DNA of 64,000 nt from a phage, in sequence record PZ171032.1. One strand, 5' to 3'. Positions 1 through 8,723 of this stretch are shown here, one piece after another. The position numbers and the translations under genes were made by a program. Every line of letters starts with the position of its first letter. Position 1 is the first letter of the stretch. The notes below the pieces were generated by a model, which ran no database searches, was not told where the DNA came from, and saw nothing but the letters and a program-made list of their open reading frames with translations.

Positions 1-450
1 GATACCCTGATCCAAGAACAATAGATATGTGCTTTCAACACCATTGTGTACACTGATCACATCGAAAGTGTCCACCATGCTGAACGGGGCCTTTGAACCA
101 ACACCTTTATTACCCACCAGAGCGTTGCTGTTGCGCTTGGTTGACTCTCCGAGGTTCATGAAAGTGTTGCGGACCATCTCTTCTGACATGCCTAATCCAA
201 CGTCCTGCACAAAGAAGTATGGTTCAAGGTCTGTAGGAGAGTGAATGATGATCGGTACATCGCCCCGTCCAGACTCAACATGAGAGTCCACAGCATTGAA
301 GATTGGTTCACGGCAGCTTGCCAGCACCTTATCTTCGTAAATCCCTTTAATGATTAGCCCAAAAGTCTCTTTGTTCAGAGAAATTGAGCCCCTGGTGACC
401 TCCATATTTCCAGTTAGCACTGCTTTAGTTTCATTACTGTTTACAATCAT
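1..450 (-). CDS. hypothetical protein, partial (C-terminus lies beyond window start)
   Basis: Hand translation: ATG at 450-448 with AAGGAG RBS, ATGA overlap with stop of upstream gene; frame open for all 150 codons to position 1. Absent from ORF track because no stop in window. Confidence 0.5.
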   Translation of the reverse strand, partial: MIVNSNETKAVLTGNMEVTRGSISLNKETFGLIIKGIYEDKVLASCREPIFNAVDSHVESGRGDVPIIIHSPTDLEPYFFVQDVGLGMSEEMVRNTFMNLGESTKRNSNALVGNKGVGSKAPFSMVDTFDVISVHNGVESTYLLFLDQGI

Positions 451-947
451 TTATTGCGCTCCTTGTAGTAGATATGACTCCCGAATTGAGCTGTCCTCTG
501 CATCTTTTTTGCCCATTTCGGTCGTACTTTGGTCGTATGGTAGTGTGTTGCTCCACCTGTTATATCCATAGCCATGTATGCAACATGGTTGTTATTATAG
601 ACCTTTAGAAGCATCTTTGCAAGACTTTTAGCGTGATCCCATGAATCTTTTTCTGTCACCTTAAAAGTTTTGCCGTAGTTTGTCCACGAAAACTGATTAG
701 GTTGGTAGACAATCTTTCTTATAGTGTCCGGGTATTTGGGATGAGATTTCCTGTTTAGGGTGGCAAACCCAGATGCCAGCATACCCATCGTGCCATCCCC
801 TCTAGCTTCCCTGTAGATATTGCATGCTAGAATGTTTTCCTTAGTATCTGATGGCTTGCAAGTATGGTATACTTTTTGTTTTGGTGCTGCAACAACAGGC
901 AGCGATAAAAATGCGCTCAAAATAATAGCAAAGATCTTAATTTTCAC
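447..947 (-). CDS. SleB/CwlJ-like cell wall hydrolase with N-terminal signal peptide (endolysin candidate)
   Basis: 166 aa; hydrophobic N-terminus MKIKIFAIILSAFLSLPVVAAP; motifs YREARGD, TLNR, VYQPNQFS resemble the SleB (Hydrolase_2) family; GTG start with GGAG RBS. Confidence 0.65.
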   Translation of the reverse strand: MKIKIFAIILSAFLSLPVVAAPKQKVYHTCKPSDTKENILACNIYREARGDGTMGMLASGFATLNRKSHPKYPDTIRKIVYQPNQFSWTNYGKTFKVTEKDSWDHAKSLAKMLLKVYNNNHVAYMAMDITGGATHYHTTKVRPKWAKKMQRTAQFGSHIYYKERNK

Positions 948-960
948 AATGACTCCAAAT

Positions 961-983
961 AGAAAATCCCCGCCGAAGCGGGG
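961..983 (-). terminator. rho-independent terminator (hairpin CCCCGC-CGAA-GCGGGG followed by U-run on minus strand)
   Basis: Perfect 6-bp GC stem with CGAA tetraloop just downstream of stop of gene 997..1377; AUUUUCU on transcribed strand. Confidence 0.55.
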
Positions 984-996
984 GAGGTCTTAGAAA

Positions 997-1377
997 TTAA
1001 TCGTAGTGTGCCAAAATCTCTCCATCGTTGCAAGTTCCCTCTACAAAGTTATGAAGATTCATGCACTCATCTTGATAGAAGAATTTACCGCTTTTCAGCC
1101 GTAGGCCAAACAACTCCGCATCTCCACGATGGCAAGCCTCTACAAGTTCATAGATTTCATACGGCAACTCTCCGTCGTCATGGAAGAATCCAGCCTTATC
1201 GTTGACATAAATGAAGAAATAATCACTGCTATCGCAAGCGTCCAATATTTTAAACCAGATTTCATCTACATCTTTTTCTCGGATATCGATCACGCAAGTG
1301 GAGCTGCATTCGTACTCCTTCTCCGGCTCCTCGGTCAATACCACCAGGTAGTTTCCCCGCTTACCTACTTTAGCCAT
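997..1377 (-). CDS. hypothetical protein
   Basis: 126-aa ORF in codirectional operon; acidic; no recognised motif. Confidence 0.5.
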   Translation of the reverse strand: MAKVGKRGNYLVVLTEEPEKEYECSSTCVIDIREKDVDEIWFKILDACDSSDYFFIYVNDKAGFFHDDGELPYEIYELVEACHRGDAELFGLRLKSGKFFYQDECMNLHNFVEGTCNDGEILAHYD

Positions 1378-1386
1378 ACAACCCCC

Positions 1387-2571
1387 TTAAGCTTTAGCCA
1401 AAATGGCGCTAAACTCTTCACCAAACTCTTTTACAATCTTCATCAGGTTTGGGTATGCTTTGATCAACTGAGCAACAATCTTGTCACGCCCTTTACCGAT
1501 AAGCAAGGCATTTCCTAAGGCGTTAGGTTTCATCATCGCCATAAAGACTGAGAATACAAAATCTCGGTTCTCGTCCTTGAAATTTTCCCAAAGGAAATCG
1601 AGGAAGTTTGCCACACAGCTAACAAGATCTTCGTCGGAGATACTTGCATTTTCCATCATATTGCGAATAGCGATACAACCTTCAGATCCAAGAATCCACA
1701 AAATGTCTGGCTGCTTAGGACCTACGTATTCTTTGCAGCCACCTGCCATAATCCGACCGATTTCCGGTAAATTACGTTTCTTGGTGTGGTAAGTCCAGAT
1801 CTCTACCGCTGCAGTGTGACCAATAGCACCTTGTAGAAGAACACGGGCCATAGCGTCAGAAATAATACCGCTGTCAAAATCGTGCAAGATGTCAGATGCA
1901 GCAACCCAAGATCGCGGTGTGGCAAAAGATGGACAATTAATCTCAGCCATAGCCTCATAATTATCAATAGCTGAGGGAACTCTTTTCAAATATCCAATTA
2001 CAGAGGAATGCACCCCATTAAGGAATGCGTAGTCCTCAATAAACACCTCTGCATTGCTTGTAACCTCTACAATGATAAAACGGTTAGCCAGAGGGGCTTC
2101 GAGCGCCGAAAGAACCGCACCATCTGTAGAACGGTTACCCGCAGCCACAAAAACAGAACCCTTAGGGAATGCATAGGTGCCGCACTTGTGGTCAAGCATA
2201 ATTTGCATTGCAACCTTTTGCAGGTAGTTATCTGCATGAGTGAGCTCATCCAGAAAGATAATTCCGCTCCAGTCAGGATCCGCAGGCCAAAATTCTGGAA
2301 TTGCAAACACTGTACGTGTAGTTCCATCCGCTTCTACAGGGATAGGTAGCCCAGATAAGTCGGCAGGATCTTTATCTGACAGTCGCACGTCAACAAGGTT
2401 GTCATCTCGCTCACCGAACATATTATCAGCGATCTGCTTCATCACCTGGCTTTTACCCACACCCATTGGTCCCAAAATTAGGACAGATCGGCTATGACGT
2501 TGGGCAAACTGAATAATAGCTGGCAACTCACGGACAGTGATTTGACCACTTTCGAATACGTTTCTTGACAT
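1387..2571 (-). CDS. MoxR-like AAA+ ATPase
   Basis: 394 aa; Walker A LILGPMGVGKSQ, Walker B-like IIFLDELTHA, size and layout typical of AAA_5/MoxR (CobS-like) ATPases. Confidence 0.7.
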   Translation of the reverse strand: MSRNVFESGQITVRELPAIIQFAQRHSRSVLILGPMGVGKSQVMKQIADNMFGERDDNLVDVRLSDKDPADLSGLPIPVEADGTTRTVFAIPEFWPADPDWSGIIFLDELTHADNYLQKVAMQIMLDHKCGTYAFPKGSVFVAAGNRSTDGAVLSALEAPLANRFIIVEVTSNAEVFIEDYAFLNGVHSSVIGYLKRVPSAIDNYEAMAEINCPSFATPRSWVAASDILHDFDSGIISDAMARVLLQGAIGHTAAVEIWTYHTKKRNLPEIGRIMAGGCKEYVGPKQPDILWILGSEGCIAIRNMMENASISDEDLVSCVANFLDFLWENFKDENRDFVFSVFMAMMKPNALGNALLIGKGRDKIVAQLIKAYPNLMKIVKEFGEEFSAILAKA

Positions 2572-2840
2572 TAGTAAAAGTCCTCTACTTGTGTGTAAGT
2601 GTTTTCAAAGTTTTCCAAAACAGATATCACATCGAATCTGTCAATATCATACGTGACTCTCCAGTTGTACGCAACCCTTTCTGCTGTTGCCTCTTCTGGC
2701 GCTAGTCGTCTGCTGGCATAAAAGAGTGTTGGAGTACACTTTCTTGCTTGCCCTCTAACTTTCCCATAATAATATCTGTGAATATCTTTGTCAAAATTTA
2801 ACTCTTTTTCTGCACGAAGTTCATATTGCTGGTATAACAT
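2571..2840 (-). CDS. hypothetical protein
   Basis: 89-aa ORF, start overlaps stop of downstream ATPase gene (translational coupling). Confidence 0.45.
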   Translation of the reverse strand: MLYQQYELRAEKELNFDKDIHRYYYGKVRGQARKCTPTLFYASRRLAPEEATAERVAYNWRVTYDIDRFDVISVLENFENTYTQVEDFY

Positions 2841-2884
2841 CTCTACTACTCCTTAAGCAGCATCCTTGCCGCCATTCCTGCCCA

Positions 2885-3265
2885 CTAAAATGCAGTCCGA
2901 ATCCAGACAAGGTTCTTATCTGCCCAATCATAGAGGCAAGTCATTGCACTATTGAATTGCTCACACGGAGGATAATCTTCTTCCATCTGGCGCATAGCAG
3001 AGCCTTGTGGGTAAAGCTCCCGTGCTGCAAACCACGCGTCGTAGTCATCAACGGTGTCGAAGTAGTATACAACATCCTCTAACTCAGGATCGAACTTTGA
3101 ACTATCAGGATCCAGTTGTTCAGGGAACTTGGAGCGTAACTTGCCAGCTACAATACTTGCCAACTCGCTAACATGCTTATTGTCCCACTCCACTAGCTTC
3201 CCGTCTTCAGTGATGCGTCCTAACCACTGATCATGAAGGTCAACTGTTGTCTTCCACTGGGCCAT
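2885..3265 (-). CDS. hypothetical protein
   Basis: 126-aa ORF in same operon; acidic. Confidence 0.5.
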   Translation of the reverse strand: MAQWKTTVDLHDQWLGRITEDGKLVEWDNKHVSELASIVAGKLRSKFPEQLDPDSSKFDPELEDVVYYFDTVDDYDAWFAARELYPQGSAMRQMEEDYPPCEQFNSAMTCLYDWADKNLVWIRTAF

Positions 3266-3267
3266 TA

Positions 3268-3525
3268 TCAGTCCACCTCTTCTTCTCGTTGTAGTTCAAG
3301 ATACCCGTAGGTCTGGACATCTTCAAGGGTGTGGAACTCCCCATCTGCCGCTAATGCACGAACAACTTGGCACAAAACCTTATGAGGAACTTCATCCAGA
3401 CCAAGATTCAGTGCAGGGAACACCTTATCTAAGTCAACAAAATAAATGAACTGTAGCTCACCAGCTTCAAAAGGTGTATCTTCAATAAACATCTTCTCGG
3501 CATTAGTCAAGATCTGCACTTTCAT
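3268..3525 (-). CDS. hypothetical protein
   Basis: 85-aa ORF, tightly packed with neighbours. Confidence 0.45.
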   Translation of the reverse strand: MKVQILTNAEKMFIEDTPFEAGELQFIYFVDLDKVFPALNLGLDEVPHKVLCQVVRALAADGEFHTLEDVQTYGYLELQREEEVD

Positions 3526-3881
3526 TATTCTACCTCCTCTTCTTTTTCTTCGGCATTAGTTTCATGGCTACCCCACTCCGGAGTTTCCACCTCGATAGTA
3601 AACTCACGCACTACACGGTAATTGCCCATGAAGCGCTCTACTTCGTCAAGGCTTATGGAGAGGCCATTGGCAACCAGGTCTGCAGCACCCTCTTCTACCA
3701 GGTAGTCCAGATTGGCTTCCAGAGCCTCAGGTTCAAACCCTGTCAATGCAATCAGATAACCTTCCCCTTCATCAGGGAGGACAATACAGCCCAATTGATT
3801 TTCTTTAAAAAGGCAGTGACCATCATTATTGATTGGGTGTTCATTGCAGTAAATAGCTGCACGATAAGTAACTTTAGACAT
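3525..3881 (-). CDS. hypothetical acidic protein (start refined to MSKVTYRAA)
   Basis: ORF track 3525..3902; the internal ATG at 3881 is preceded by AAGGAGACC RBS, and the 29-bp initiation segment is repeated in gene 5212..6189. Confidence 0.5.
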   Translation of the reverse strand: MSKVTYRAAIYCNEHPINNDGHCLFKENQLGCIVLPDEGEGYLIALTGFEPEALEANLDYLVEEGAADLVANGLSISLDEVERFMGNYRVVREFTIEVETPEWGSHETNAEEKEEEVE

Positions 3882-3894
3882 CGGTAAGGTCTCC

Positions 3895-4173
3895 TTAGGC
3901 AATTGTCATTTTACATTCTTGAAATTTTAACACAAGACGGTGATTGTGTCTAGTGTCTAAAAAGATTTTTTCAACCATCAGGCACACGGTATAACCGTCC
4001 ATCTTGTTGACAACAAAATCTCCAGGATGAGGGAGGATGTCTCCCGGATTGGGGAAACATAGTCCACTCAGAAAGGCATCGTCAGTGGTGGACTTAATAG
4101 ATTTCCACACACTGTCTGCCTGAACATGTTCACCGACGTAATATACATTACCACATGCCTTCATCATAGTCAA
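3895..4173 (-). CDS. hypothetical protein
   Basis: 92-aa ORF. Confidence 0.45.
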   Translation of the reverse strand: MTMMKACGNVYYVGEHVQADSVWKSIKSTTDDAFLSGLCFPNPGDILPHPGDFVVNKMDGYTVCLMVEKIFLDTRHNHRLVLKFQECKMTIA

Positions 4174-5069
4174 ACCCTCGCATAAATTAAACTTGTATCA
4201 GTATACTTCTTTAATGGGTAAATATCCTGTCCATAGATGCAATCATTAAACACCTCATCTACCCAAAGGCTACACTTATATCCCATCATTTCTAAAACAC
4301 CCATCTCTTCTTCGGTAAACTTATCACCGCTCTTGCAAGATGTCAATACCTCATTCTGAACTCTTGCTACCTCGAAGCGGTTATTGGCAATATCGCTATT
4401 GGCGATCAAATACTCACCTAGAGGGTGTGCGGCATTAAAGATGCACAGTGGACGGCTGACGTAATAGTCTCCGGGTGTATAAAAATTGTTGAGGTCTTTC
4501 ACTAGAACATTCTTATCAGTCACTTCATTTATAACATCATGCATATCGCACATCTTTATATGTTTGAGGATTCCATCCCCCATCACAAAATAAAAACTTG
4601 CTGAGACACTTTCGGCATAGATCTTACTAGATCCGTTGTAGTTGTATTTTACTCGGATGCTAACGGGGGTTTTTCCTGTCGCGTTAGCCATCATCCAAAG
4701 AAATGGCAGCTCATACTTCTCCTCTGAGGAAACAAAAGGTGAGGTAGCCAGAGATCGAAAACCTCCAGAGAAGTTGAAAGTTACAGAACCGCTCCGGCGG
4801 TATGATACCGCGTATTCTACTTTTATATCGACATACCCATTGGAATAGGTGTGTCCTTCATTATCTAAATATGTCCACTTATCAGACCCAGATACCAATC
4901 TACGCTCAATAACCTTCATCACTATAGGAATTAATGGGTTGGTACAAACCGCTTTTGAAGTAGCTTTATCATCTAAAGCCTCGTAAATTGCAGAAAGGAT
5001 GTCCCCAGCTGAAAGATTGGTTGTTATGTCCTGTTTCCACCGCGTACTAAAACTGTTAAGATTTGCCAT
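4170..5069 (-). CDS. hypothetical protein (first gene of leftward early operon)
   Basis: 299-aa ORF; AGGAG RBS; lies immediately downstream of leftward promoter. Confidence 0.55.
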   Translation of the reverse strand: MANLNSFSTRWKQDITTNLSAGDILSAIYEALDDKATSKAVCTNPLIPIVMKVIERRLVSGSDKWTYLDNEGHTYSNGYVDIKVEYAVSYRRSGSVTFNFSGGFRSLATSPFVSSEEKYELPFLWMMANATGKTPVSIRVKYNYNGSSKIYAESVSASFYFVMGDGILKHIKMCDMHDVINEVTDKNVLVKDLNNFYTPGDYYVSRPLCIFNAAHPLGEYLIANSDIANNRFEVARVQNEVLTSCKSGDKFTEEEMGVLEMMGYKCSLWVDEVFNDCIYGQDIYPLKKYTDTSLIYARV

Positions 5070-5109
5070 AAGTAAGTGCTCCTATGTTAGTTTTCTTTCG
5101 AATGGGTGC

Positions 5110-5138
5110 ACTATATTGTGGAGTTAGAGTAAAGTCAA
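5110..5138 (-). promoter_or_regulatory. sigma70-like promoter, leftward (TTGACT-17 bp-TATAGT)
   Basis: On minus strand: -35 TTGACT (plus 5133-5138), 17-bp spacer, -10 TATAGT (plus 5110-5115); upstream of gene 4170..5069. Confidence 0.55.
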
Positions 5139-5151
5139 CACGTTTTTGATG

Positions 5152-5180
5152 TTGACATCTGTTGAGACAATTGATACGAT
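5152..5180 (+). promoter_or_regulatory. sigma70-like promoter, rightward (TTGACA-17 bp-TACGAT)
   Basis: Consensus -35 TTGACA at 5152-5157, 17-bp spacer, -10 TACGAT at 5175-5180. Lies inside the 5' extension of ORF 5146..6189, so the gene more likely starts at 5212. Confidence 0.55.
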
Positions 5181-5211
5181 TTCTTCACTTACAGAGCACG
5201 AGAGACGACTC

Positions 5212-6189
5212 ATGAATCTTGAAAAATATTATACACCAGAAGAGTTAGAGCGCTTGCTCAAAAAATATAGACGCAAACAGAATAACGCACGGAAACGAGA
5301 TATAGAGTTCGACCTGTCATGGGAAGAATACCTCCTATTTGGTAAAAAACTTTTAGGAGATGGAGTATGCGACTATACCCTTATACCTTTTGACATGCAC
5401 ACAGATGAAAACGGGCTGGGGAATCCTTTCTACCCATCTCTGGAGCGGATAGATGATGAAGGTCCTTATGCGGTTGATAACTGTTGTGTGGTGGGATTGA
5501 GATGCAACTCTCTAAAGGACTGTCTGGTAGATAAAAAGACTGCAGTCTTGATTAAAGACGAAACTGATCGAAAAATTGTCCAGCAGATGATGCTCCACCT
5601 GAGCGAAGAGCGTATGGAGAAATTGAAAGGTGATTATACTTTTGAAGATTTCATCTTGCAATATGGAACGGAAGAGGATAAACTAGCACTCTTTGACGAA
5701 GAAGAGGAGGAAGATATGCTACCGATGTCTAAAGTTACTTATCGTGCACCCAAGAAGCACATTTCCGACATTGTAAACGAGCCTATCACAGAAGAGATTG
5801 AAGAAATGACGCAACAGGTGCATGAAGAGGAAAAAGAGACTCAGGAGGTCGAAGAGGAGATTACAGAAGAGGTTCCTGCACTACCTGATGATGTTGAGAT
5901 TGCCAAAGCTTACACTTTCTATTGTCAAACGTTCTACGATGTAGGTATGAAAGTTGATCTGTCGTTCAGCCAATTTAAGAGTTCGTATATTCGCAAATGC
6001 TGTGCTTTAACTGGTGAACGTCTTGGAGCTGGACTTAAACCCCTGTTGGTGACCGACTGGAATAAAGGTTTCACTAAAGGAAACTTTATGGTAGTATCTC
6101 CAATTATGGAGAAAGCTATGACAGATCTTATGAAGACCACCCGCATGACAATGACCGAGTTGGCAGGTATTTTCAAACACGTTAAATAA
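5212..6189 (+). CDS. hypothetical protein with two homologous half-domains; possible internal start at 5716
   Basis: ORF track 5146..6189; start moved to ATG 5212 downstream of promoter. N- and C-halves share a DLSW/DLSF..C..T...VTD/ERID..G...N..VV pattern; acidic linker; internal GAGGAGG RBS + ATG at 5716. Confidence 0.5.
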   Translation: MNLEKYYTPEELERLLKKYRRKQNNARKRDIEFDLSWEEYLLFGKKLLGDGVCDYTLIPFDMHTDENGLGNPFYPSLERIDDEGPYAVDNCCVVGLRCNSLKDCLVDKKTAVLIKDETDRKIVQQMMLHLSEERMEKLKGDYTFEDFILQYGTEEDKLALFDEEEEEDMLPMSKVTYRAPKKHISDIVNEPITEEIEEMTQQVHEEEKETQEVEEEITEEVPALPDDVEIAKAYTFYCQTFYDVGMKVDLSFSQFKSSYIRKCCALTGERLGAGLKPLLVTDWNKGFTKGNFMVVSPIMEKAMTDLMKTTRMTMTELAGIFKHVK

Positions 6190-6201
6190 TGACAGGGGCC
6201 A

Positions 6202-7683
6202 ATGGCCCCTTCTGGAGTTTTAATGGATAGCAGAAGTTCAGAAATCATTGCCTCGCAGAAAGATGATGCCCTGAGAATGTTGCAGGCTGCACGTATGTAT
6301 CTCCTTGAAAAGCTGCCGTTTTATGGCACACTACTGTCAGGGTTGCAGTTCGTAGAAAACCACACATGGTGCTCCACCATGGCAACCGACCATAAACGCA
6401 TCTATTACAGTCCTGAGTTCATTATGGGATTGGCTGATGAGCGCAAGGCTATTCTTAAGGCTTCTCTAACTGACGAGCAGTTTGAGATGGCTGAAGTTTT
6501 CTATTCCCCAAAATCTGTGAAAGAGGTGGCCTTCCTTCTGTCACATGAGGTGGGGCATATTATCTGTGATCATCTAGTCCGTGGTAAAAGCTTTGAGCCG
6601 GAACTGTTCAATATTGCTTGTGATCACGTTATCAACACAGGCCTTGTGGTTGACTTTAGCAAACCTCCTTGTGTTTTCTTCCCGAAGGGGAAAAGCACTA
6701 CGTTCATGAAAGGTAAGCCTTTTGGCTTCTTAGCCAGCTGCTACTGTGACATGAGGTTTCATGGATGGATTGCTGAGAACGTTTATGCAGTTCTTGATAA
6801 GCAAAGAGATCAGAATAACGGTAAAAGTAAGAACGGTAAAGGTGAGAACTCTCAAAGTGATAAGCGACAAACCGATGATCACATGAGTGGGAACGGTGGC
6901 ACCAGTGATAATCTTGGAAAGGCTATGGGGTATGATCAGCCACAACCTGTAATCAGCCAATCTGATAAAGATCAGGCCATGCAGGACTCTGGTGATATGC
7001 TGGAGGCAGCAATGCAAGCTTCCGGAGGTCGTTGCCCTGAGGCGGTGCGTGAGTTTGTCAAGAACAGGGGTAAGCCTGTAATCAACTATATAGACATCAT
7101 TAAGCAACGCATGTTGTCTAAACGAAAGGCTGAACTGACCTACAGAAAACCTGGTCGCCGATCTGGGTCTTTGACCAGCACAATGCGAAAAGTTGGGGCT
7201 ATAAACAAGAACCAGCACGTTATTGTTCCCGGTCGTAATCCGGAAAACACCATAGATATTGTTGTAGCTTTAGACGTTTCTGGCTCGATCTCTCAAAGAA
7301 CTTTAAAGAAAATGTTCAATGAAATCACCGGATTGTGCAATCTGTATAAAGAGTTTAAGGTTACAATGTTCTGTTGGTCAACTGAGGTTGGAGAGGTTAA
7401 AGTATACACTCGCGGTAACATAGATGAGATGATCAACTATGAGGTCCACTCAACATGGGGCACAACAGCTGCTTGCGTGTTCGAGTATCTAGATGCCAAC
7501 ATACCAAATGCAAAAGATGTCATCGTATTGACCGACCTATACTTTGAGCATAACTTTGAACAAAAGGCTGTTGACAACAAGTGGAAAAAGTACGATACTT
7601 TATGGGTTCTCACCGAAGGGTATAATAAAAATTATATCCCTAGCTTTGGGAAAACTGTGGAATTAATCGAGTACGCTAAGTAA
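6202..7683 (+). CDS. VWA-domain protein with N-terminal HExxH metallopeptidase-like domain (DUF2201-like)
   Basis: 493 aa; HEVGHIICDH zinc-peptidase-like motif near N-terminus; C-terminal IDIVVALDVSGSIS (DxSxS MIDAS motif of von Willebrand A domains). Confidence 0.65.
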   Translation: MAPSGVLMDSRSSEIIASQKDDALRMLQAARMYLLEKLPFYGTLLSGLQFVENHTWCSTMATDHKRIYYSPEFIMGLADERKAILKASLTDEQFEMAEVFYSPKSVKEVAFLLSHEVGHIICDHLVRGKSFEPELFNIACDHVINTGLVVDFSKPPCVFFPKGKSTTFMKGKPFGFLASCYCDMRFHGWIAENVYAVLDKQRDQNNGKSKNGKGENSQSDKRQTDDHMSGNGGTSDNLGKAMGYDQPQPVISQSDKDQAMQDSGDMLEAAMQASGGRCPEAVREFVKNRGKPVINYIDIIKQRMLSKRKAELTYRKPGRRSGSLTSTMRKVGAINKNQHVIVPGRNPENTIDIVVALDVSGSISQRTLKKMFNEITGLCNLYKEFKVTMFCWSTEVGEVKVYTRGNIDEMINYEVHSTWGTTAACVFEYLDANIPNAKDVIVLTDLYFEHNFEQKAVDNKWKKYDTLWVLTEGYNKNYIPSFGKTVELIEYAK

Positions 7684-7698
7684 GAGAGGAGGTTATTT

Positions 7699-7962
7699 AT
7701 GGCAACAGAGTTAAAATTTGCATCAAACCGTAAAACTAAGAAGTATCTGTCCTCAGTAGCTCCAGGCACTGTGGTGATGTTTGTTGATGAACTTGGGGAT
7801 GTGAATACAGCACTTGTTGTAAAATCACATCCTGCAAACATATATGTTGGGGTATTTGACCTGTTCAGAAAGGTGTTTGTAGAACTGCCTCACAGTTTGG
7901 TTGTTACAGAAATGGATGCCTGCATAGAAATTCTTGGCGAAGTTATGGTGGAGGAACAATAA
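7699..7962 (+). CDS. small protein, tandem paralog family member 1 of 4
   Basis: 87 aa; strong GAGGAGG RBS; shares K..GTVV...ILGE pattern with next genes. Confidence 0.6.
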   Translation: MATELKFASNRKTKKYLSSVAPGTVVMFVDELGDVNTALVVKSHPANIYVGVFDLFRKVFVELPHSLVVTEMDACIEILGEVMVEEQ

Positions 7963-8225
7963 TGGCTACCAGCATTGTATTCAATTCTAAGGTGAAGAAC
8001 AAAAAGCGTGCAGACAGTTTTCCGTGTGGGACCGTGGTAAGTTGCGACGGAGACGGCATTCAAAACATAGTTATGATTGTCAAAACAGGAGAACATTGTG
8101 TGTGGGGGTTCGATTTAGAAAATAATGAGTTGTACGATCTGCCGCCAAACATGAAAGTTACAGAGCTTGACACCAAAATTACCATCCTTGGAGAGACAAG
8201 CTATTCAAAAGAAGGAGGAGAATAA
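7962..8225 (+). CDS. small protein, tandem paralog family member 2 of 4
   Basis: 87 aa; ATGA start/stop overlap with member 1; GGAGG RBS; conserved CGTVV and ITILGE motifs. Confidence 0.6.
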   Translation: MATSIVFNSKVKNKKRADSFPCGTVVSCDGDGIQNIVMIVKTGEHCVWGFDLENNELYDLPPNMKVTELDTKITILGETSYSKEGGE

Positions 8226-8488
8226 TGACCACAAAAATCACTATCGCAGAACCGAAAGCTAACACTCAGCCTATCGAAAAGTTTAAGTGCGGTGAGGTGG
8301 TAACATTCACACCAGATAATGAAGATGCTAAGATTTTCGCAATGGTCACAGCTGAGTGGATGTGTGACAACACCACACAGGTTCTGCGTTTTGACACCTA
8401 TCTTACCGATGAAATCAGGAACGACAAGATTGTGACTGGTGTGGATACTGAGATTGTTTTCTACAAGAGCTTTTTAGAGGGTTTCTGA
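8225..8488 (+). CDS. small protein, tandem paralog family member 3 of 4
   Basis: 87 aa; ATGA overlap; AAGGAGG RBS; KCGEVVTF motif. Confidence 0.55.
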   Translation: MTTKITIAEPKANTQPIEKFKCGEVVTFTPDNEDAKIFAMVTAEWMCDNTTQVLRFDTYLTDEIRNDKIVTGVDTEIVFYKSFLEGF

Positions 8489-8489
8489 T

Positions 8490-8723
8490 ATGGCAAAAAT
8501 TAGAAAATTATCTAGCAATCAGGTTGTGAAAGACTTCGAATCTGGAGAGATTCTTTATGTTCGTGATGCAGATGACGAAGGTGAAGATCTCGTTATGTTG
8601 GTGGGGCACGCTGAGGACGGATGCATCCAAGCTGTTTTTCTTGAAACAGCTATGGTGCACTGGATAGAGCTGGACCTGAAAGCACGAAAACCTAAAGCAG
8701 AAATCCTGATTTACGAAGATTAA
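8490..8723 (+). CDS. small protein, tandem paralog family member 4 of 4 (divergent)
   Basis: 77 aa; GAGGG RBS; same size class, weaker similarity. Confidence 0.5.
   Translation: MAKIRKLSSNQVVKDFESGEILYVRDADDEGEDLVMLVGHAEDGCIQAVFLETAMVHWIELDLKARKPKAEILIYED

Noticed and set aside
5146-5211. Upstream ATG (5146) as start of gene 5212..6189
   Set aside because: No RBS, and the segment contains the consensus -35/-10 of the rightward promoter, so it is more likely untranslated leader.
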